A DNA stretch of 30,942 nt from Trichoplax sp. H2 (Eukaryota), in contig NOWV01000186.1 in assembly GCA_003344405.1 (NCBI GenBank), positions 124,001 to 154,942 on the forward strand, written 5' to 3'. Below, one piece after another: positions 25,166-30,942 of the stretch (the stretch's first letter is position 1; each line of letters opens with the position of its first letter). The position numbers and the translations under genes were made by a program. The notes below the pieces were generated by a model that was not told the DNA's origin, searched no databases, and saw nothing but the letters and a program-made list of their open reading frames with translations.

Positions 25166-25394
25166 GATTAATAATAATAGTACAGTATATTTAGCAGTCC
25201 AAACAGCACATCTACGCAAAATATGACGAGTGAGACATTATCCGTATACCTTGGTAAAAGGTTCGAAATCTTTCCAATACAACTGCGTTTTCTGATACCG
25301 CATATCAAAGAAATGGACAGCAAACAGGATTTGTAGGGAAATCAAAAACGTTGATAGGAATTACTACAGCATAACCAGCACTTTTGTTGCACCG

Positions 25395-26510
25395 GGGTAG
25401 AAGCCATTTTATTGCAATTTTTTACAGTCAATCCAATTGTAGGCCAAGTGAATCAAACGGTAGAAGGCATTTTAATGCTCAATATCGAATTTATTCATCA
25501 TAAAGACAATTTTTGGATCAATAATATAATGTAACTTTTTTTATAGTTAATCCGGTAGAGTATGGTAAACTAAGCAGGTTCTACTGTTTTACAGTAAAAT
25601 ACAAAAATAGATTGAGCAGGGGCCAGTAAGTGAAAGAAATGGATTAAGTAGACCAAATGGTATAAGGCATTTTATTGCCCAATTTTTCAATGATCTACAG
25701 TCACTTTTCTAGTTATTCTAATGGTAGTCAAAACGGACCAGTAAAGAAAGGAATGGACTAAGTAGATCAAATAGTATAAGGTATTTGATATCCCAATTTT
25801 TCAATGATCTACAGTTAATCTGTTGCACTGTAATGGTAGACAAAGCAGACCCGTCAATGAAAGAAATGGACAAAGTCTATCAAATAATTTAAGGCATTTT
25901 ATTGCCCAATTTTCAATGGTCTACAGTCACTTTTTTTTTATTGTTAATCTAATGAGAGACAGAGCAGACCAGTAAAAGAAAGAAATGGACTAAGTCGATC
26001 AAATAGTATAAGGCATTTTATTGCCTCATTTTTCAATGGTCAACTTTCACTTTTTTTACAGTTAATCTACAGTCATGGTAGACAGAGCAGACCAGTAAAA
26101 GAAAGTAGTGGATCAAGCGAGCCAAATCCTAGGTACAATTGATTTGATTCGGTATAAGCAATAAGGTATTTCAATCTGTTGTACTGTAATGGTAGACAAA
26201 GTAGACCAGTAAATGAAAGAAATGGTCTAAGTCGATCAAATAGTTTAAGGCATTTTATTGCCTCATTTTTCAATGGTCAACTTTCACTTTTTTTTACACT
26301 TAATCAACAGTAATGGTAGACAGAGCAGATCAGTAAAAGAAAGTAGTGGATCAAGCGAGCCAAATCCTAGGTACAATTGATTTAGTTCGGTATAAGCAAT
26401 AAGGAATTTCATTGCAACCATTTTGGATCAATAATTATAATTAATTAATTATTAATACTGTATAATCAGTTTTTTTTTACACTTAATCCAATATGGAGGA
26501 CCAAGCAGAA
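25395..26510. repeat. ~112-124-bp tandem repeat array (>=7 units) with A/B higher-order structure, upstream of CTR9 copy 2
   Basis: Units beginning aatggtag.ca.agcagacca-like at 25720, 25832, 25951, 26074, 26188 and 26312, with degenerate units from ~25395. Units at 26074 and 26312 share gtagtggatcaagcgagccaaatcctaggtacaattgattt. Confidence 0.9.
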
Positions 26511-26874
26511 GCTACTTAGCCATTACACGGTGTACCGTCCTGTCATAGTACTGTAAGCACCACTTAGTATGCGCAGTTGCGTAGGCAGAATACACACCTG
26601 ATTGCAGTAGCTCAAAAAGTCAAGTTGCCAGGTATGAAATTGAATGATTAACTGCTTGGAGCTAGTGAGAAATTGCACCAATTTTTCCCCATTTATGATT
26701 GTCGAGGAAAAGGAAAGCTCTAATATTATCGTTTCAGTTTATTCTGATAGATCAGGCTTGTATCAACTACGGTAGAAGAAGAAGGAATTATTGCGTAGTT
26801 TTGGTGGCACCACGTGCTGTCGCAATCACCGATTGAATCAATAGCGCTTACTTGGATCGAAATAAAAATCCAAA

Positions 26875-29800
26875 ATGGCTGCCGTCAACTACATTGAAAT
26901 CCCCTTACGTGATTCAGATGAGGTAAATGATTGCTGTAATTTAGCTCTTTCATTATTGTAGAGGTGTTTGTACTTATGTTCTATCTCGGTGAATGCATCG
27001 TATACGTATTAGAGATGCATTGAATAAAATATATCAGAAAAGGTTGAAATTTTCCGATACTGGATGTCATTCAATTTTGGAGAGTTATAGAATAATTATA
27101 ATTCAATTCGTTCATAGTACATTCTATGCAGTCAACGGTATAGAATGATCCATACTTTAGCTACAGCTATGCATTCATCATAGTAATTTGGAAGTGGCTT
27201 TCTCTTATAATGGTAGACCTTCGTTCTCACTTCCCGTCCATCGATCTATCTACGGTATCTTGATCGATTGATCATCCTGTACCAACCACGAAAGAGTATA
27301 CGAGTATCCTATAGAAACATTGTAATGGATGTTCAACAGGTTTACAATCTACAAACACAAAATCATCCACGTCCATTACTAGCCAACTTGTACGATTACA
27401 GTACTGTAGATCAAAAATACCTGGTGAAATACGAATTTCTAACTAACAACGCGGCATTAAGAAAACTCTCTCTTTTATCCGAAAGTGAAACCGTGTATTA
27501 TTAACTATTCTGCAGCATTACCTTAGCAACCGTTAGTGTAAAGTTAGTCGACAAACTGTAGGGATTCATGAGCACACTTTAGAAAATCAACATAATGTAT
27601 CTCAATACGGCACTATGTACTAAGAAAATTGTTCCACGTATACGCGTTGATCATAGTTTGTGGACTAGACATAACCTTGGAAAGGCAGCTTTAGCCAACT
27701 TTGAAAGGAAGTTATTTTACAACTGTAGGTATTCATTATTACGTTACTGTACTTTCTATGTATCTGAATGTATTTTAACCAGATGAGAATAATAGAGAAA
27801 TTGTAATAAGTCTCCATATATTAGCTCATTACGCTTCTATGATATGTATATGTATTATATCACATATACGAATATATGTATACGTTGGTATAGCCATAAA
27901 ACTGCCAAAGAAGCTTATTGTAATTATTAACTGTAGGTATTGATTGCTATTTTACACTCTATGCATTTTAATCAACTTTAAAGTATTACTCGTATGTGCA
28001 AAATGAGAATGATAAATATCAGCTCAGATGTCTCCATATGGCTGTAATCTTACAGTATATCAATATAGGTGTATTATAATGGAGTTCTAGTATTTATTGT
28101 AGTTTTAAATTGCCAACCTAATGTAGCTTGATCTTGCAATTGTAGCCATTTTGCTCAACTATACAAGTCGTATCTGTTGCAGCTCATGGTTCGTAAACGT
28201 GAGAGCAACATACAATTGCCATACTTTATAAATATTGTAATGCACATGCAACGTATTTATAATATCCGATTGATTGTACGTCCATAGTGCGCGCATTTCT
28301 GCGTCGGTAGTACAATGTAATTCTTACTATAGCAGCTTCTAATGCGGTTTTACTTTACAGCAGTAGATTTTGGGTTATTTCGTTTTAACCATAATAGTTA
28401 ATCCATCAGAATCGAAATAAAGAATATATAGTATTTATTAAATACATTGCAATTATATGGAATAAGCCTATAATCTCCGTCAACTGATCTATGTGCGGTA
28501 TACTTGTTTAGTAAGACTACATTTTTAAACATATTATTCCAATCTGTAAAAATTGAATAGGTCATCGAATTAGACCTTAATCAGCTTCCTCATGGTAACG
28601 AATCGTTGGCAATCTTAAGAGAAGAACGGCCCCAATTGCGTATATGGAACATCCTTGCTGTATGTATGAGTTATTCATTGGATGGCAATTGCCCATTTAC
28701 ATCTCGTTCTGATAGTGTTAGCCACACAGATCTCATTACTTGATATAAATCTGTTACCGCTATTATTATCATAGATAATAACGTGTAGTTATAATTTATA
28801 CTTGAACGGCAAGTGAATTAGACGCGTATATATACAGTATATTAATGTTATCCAACGGGAATACCTTTAGCAACAATACTACAAGCACGGTCAGCAAGAT
28901 GCATTTTTATCCGTATTAGAAGCCGCTGTTGAGGGTAAGTCTCAATGCTATTACTAATTTTGAAGGAATAGTATGCAGCAACATCACGTCTTTATCAATA
29001 TATCGAATAACAAAGTTAAACATATTAATAATTGCATTAAATGTATCCCATACGTTAACTAATTTTTTGGCTAATGGCAGAGGCAGTAGTAGACTATCCT
29101 GATAGTGATCGAGACTTGATGACATCATTGGATAGCTTGGCAAATTATTTTGTTGAACTAGGCAAGAAAGCTAGTAATAAAGACCTTACTAGAGAGTTTT
29201 TCGGAAAGGTTTGTTTAGTATTTATACTGCAACCATACGAGTTCGCCCAGTTTTTAAGGGCTAATTTTCTTAATTCATTTTGCTAAGGTGTATGACAGCA
29301 TTGAAATCCTAACTTAAAAAAATGGCCTTTTTAAATTAAATTTTATATAGTATTAATGAGATGATTGCAATCTTTGATTACCTGTGTAGGCTGCCCTACT
29401 GTTTAGTAAAGGCGATAAAATCATCATGCATCACGAGGTTATTGATAGCTACTAATATCGTATATAAACTGAATCGTTCATTTGCTAGTTTAAAAAAGCG
29501 TAAAAATGACTCACAGTTTGCAAACAATGCATTTCGGAAATATACAGTAGATAACCTTATATTGTAATTCTTTTAATCCATTAACTAAATTATTAAATTC
29601 CTATACAAACTTTGCCAAAGGGCCATCTCGTAAGCCGAGGGTGGTTTTATTTAGCTGATGGAAAATTTGAACAGGCCGAAGCACAGTTTAATTTCGTTTT
29701 AACCCAAGTATGACTATTAAGCATATACGCCGAGTGAATATGCATCACGTATTTATCTTATTGTTTCTATTTACTTGTAAAACACATAATTAAATCATCT

Positions 29801-30942
29801 GGACTAGACTAATTTTTATTATGTTCCTATCCCTTATAGCTGAATAAAAAGAACCCACCAGCATTACTAGGTCGTGAAGTAAAAATGATAGATTTCGAAA
29901 AGTTTAATATTATACACTGAATACTCAGAATTTTATGCCTTACTTTAATCAAAAAGATTTTCAAATTCACCTCGATATCTAATTCTATGTGCAGGCAAAG
30001 CTACTATACTATTTAATAGGAAAGACTACAATGAAGCTCTAAACCTATACAAAGAAGTCTTGAGATTGAAACCAAAGACATGTCCAGGTACTAGATCAGC
30101 TACAATTGTAAAAATTTTAGAGTTAGCAAACGAAATTGTTACTGCATTAATCAATTAAGAATTGACCTTTGAAATTGCAGCAAATGTTCGTCTAGGAATT
30201 GGCCATTGCTATGCAAGATTGAATAAATTTGATTTAGCCAGGTTGTCAATAGTAAAAGAGTTATATCGTAAATGATAGTAAGATAGTAAAGGAAAACAAG
30301 TTGTTTGGTTGATGTGGTTGTAAATAGGTGCATCATTACTATGGTATATAGACAGTGTACCATCTGCTTAACTTTTTTATACTAAAAGGAGGTTGTTGAC
30401 TGAACGTCATTAATATAATTCTTAAGACAAGCATTTGAAAGAACATTACAGCTCGATCCTAAATGTGTCGGAGCAATGGTTGCCTTGGCTGTTTTAGAAT
30501 TAAACACAAAAGTGGTATATATCCCGATTTAAACCCTTTATACTGATGATATCATAAAGTTTTAAAAGGAAAAAGTAGCACGTTGTGTTAAAATTTTTTT
30601 AGTATTCATTTTTGTTTCCTTATACTGTGATATTATTGAAATATTGACAGATTGATTTGATTTTAAATATCTAGGCTGATTCCATCAGAAATGGAGTCGA
30701 TTTATTATCACGTGCTTATACAATCGATCAAACAAACGCTATGGCTTTAAATCATCTTGCAAATCATTTCTTCTACAAGAAGGATTATGATAAGGTTCAG
30801 CATTTAGCTCTACATGCTTTCCATAGTACGAACGTCGAACCTATCCAAGCCGAAAGCTGCTATCAACTAGCTAGAGTTTTCCATTCGATGCAAGATTACG
30901 ATCAAGCTTTTAAATATTATTATCAAGCTACTCAATTTGCCG
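26875..30942 (+). CDS. CTR9: CTR9 paralog, copy 2 (tandem duplicate), 5' part; runs off the window in exon 11
   Basis: Exons 26875-26922, 28561-28659, 28871-28934, 29081-29208, 29390-29437, 29621-29707, 29840-29870, 29995-30087, 30181-30241, 30427-30514 and 30675->30942. Exons 1-10 have the same lengths (48, 99, 64, 128, 48, 87, 31, 93, 61, 88) and phases as copy 1, with no stops or frameshifts. Starts [26 protein letters not shown]. Confidence 0.93.

Noticed and set aside
26875-30942. CTR9 copy 2 as an uncollapsed allelic haplotype
   Set aside because: About 21% amino-acid divergence and essentially unalignable introns are far beyond allelic variation.

Overview
AT-rich, intron-dense eukaryotic (animal) genomic DNA. 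The compact GT-AG introns and protein sequences fit an early-branching metazoan such as a placozoan; this is an inference only. Hand-splicing gives: (1) the first coding exon of a minus-strand patatin/PNPLA2-like lipase whose downstream exons are missing or decayed; (2) a complete 8-exon minus-strand 4-coumarate-CoA-ligase/firefly-luciferase-like acyl-CoA synthetase (535 aa, C-terminal SKL); (3) a 4-exon plus-strand, extremely Glu-rich repetitive protein (~871 aa) with a basic amphipathic C-terminal tail; (4) a complete 22-exon CTR9 (PAF1 complex, 1080 aa); (5) a second, tandem CTR9 paralog with an open frame, running off the right edge. The two CTR9 copies are ~79% identical in protein over exons 1-10 yet share 100%-identical nucleotide tracts in exon 11, a gene-conversion-like mosaic. 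Intergenic DNA holds several tandem-repeat arrays, a near-perfect CACTA-terminated hairpin and a GC-richer, highly base-paired ~230-nt segment that may be a structured ncRNA.
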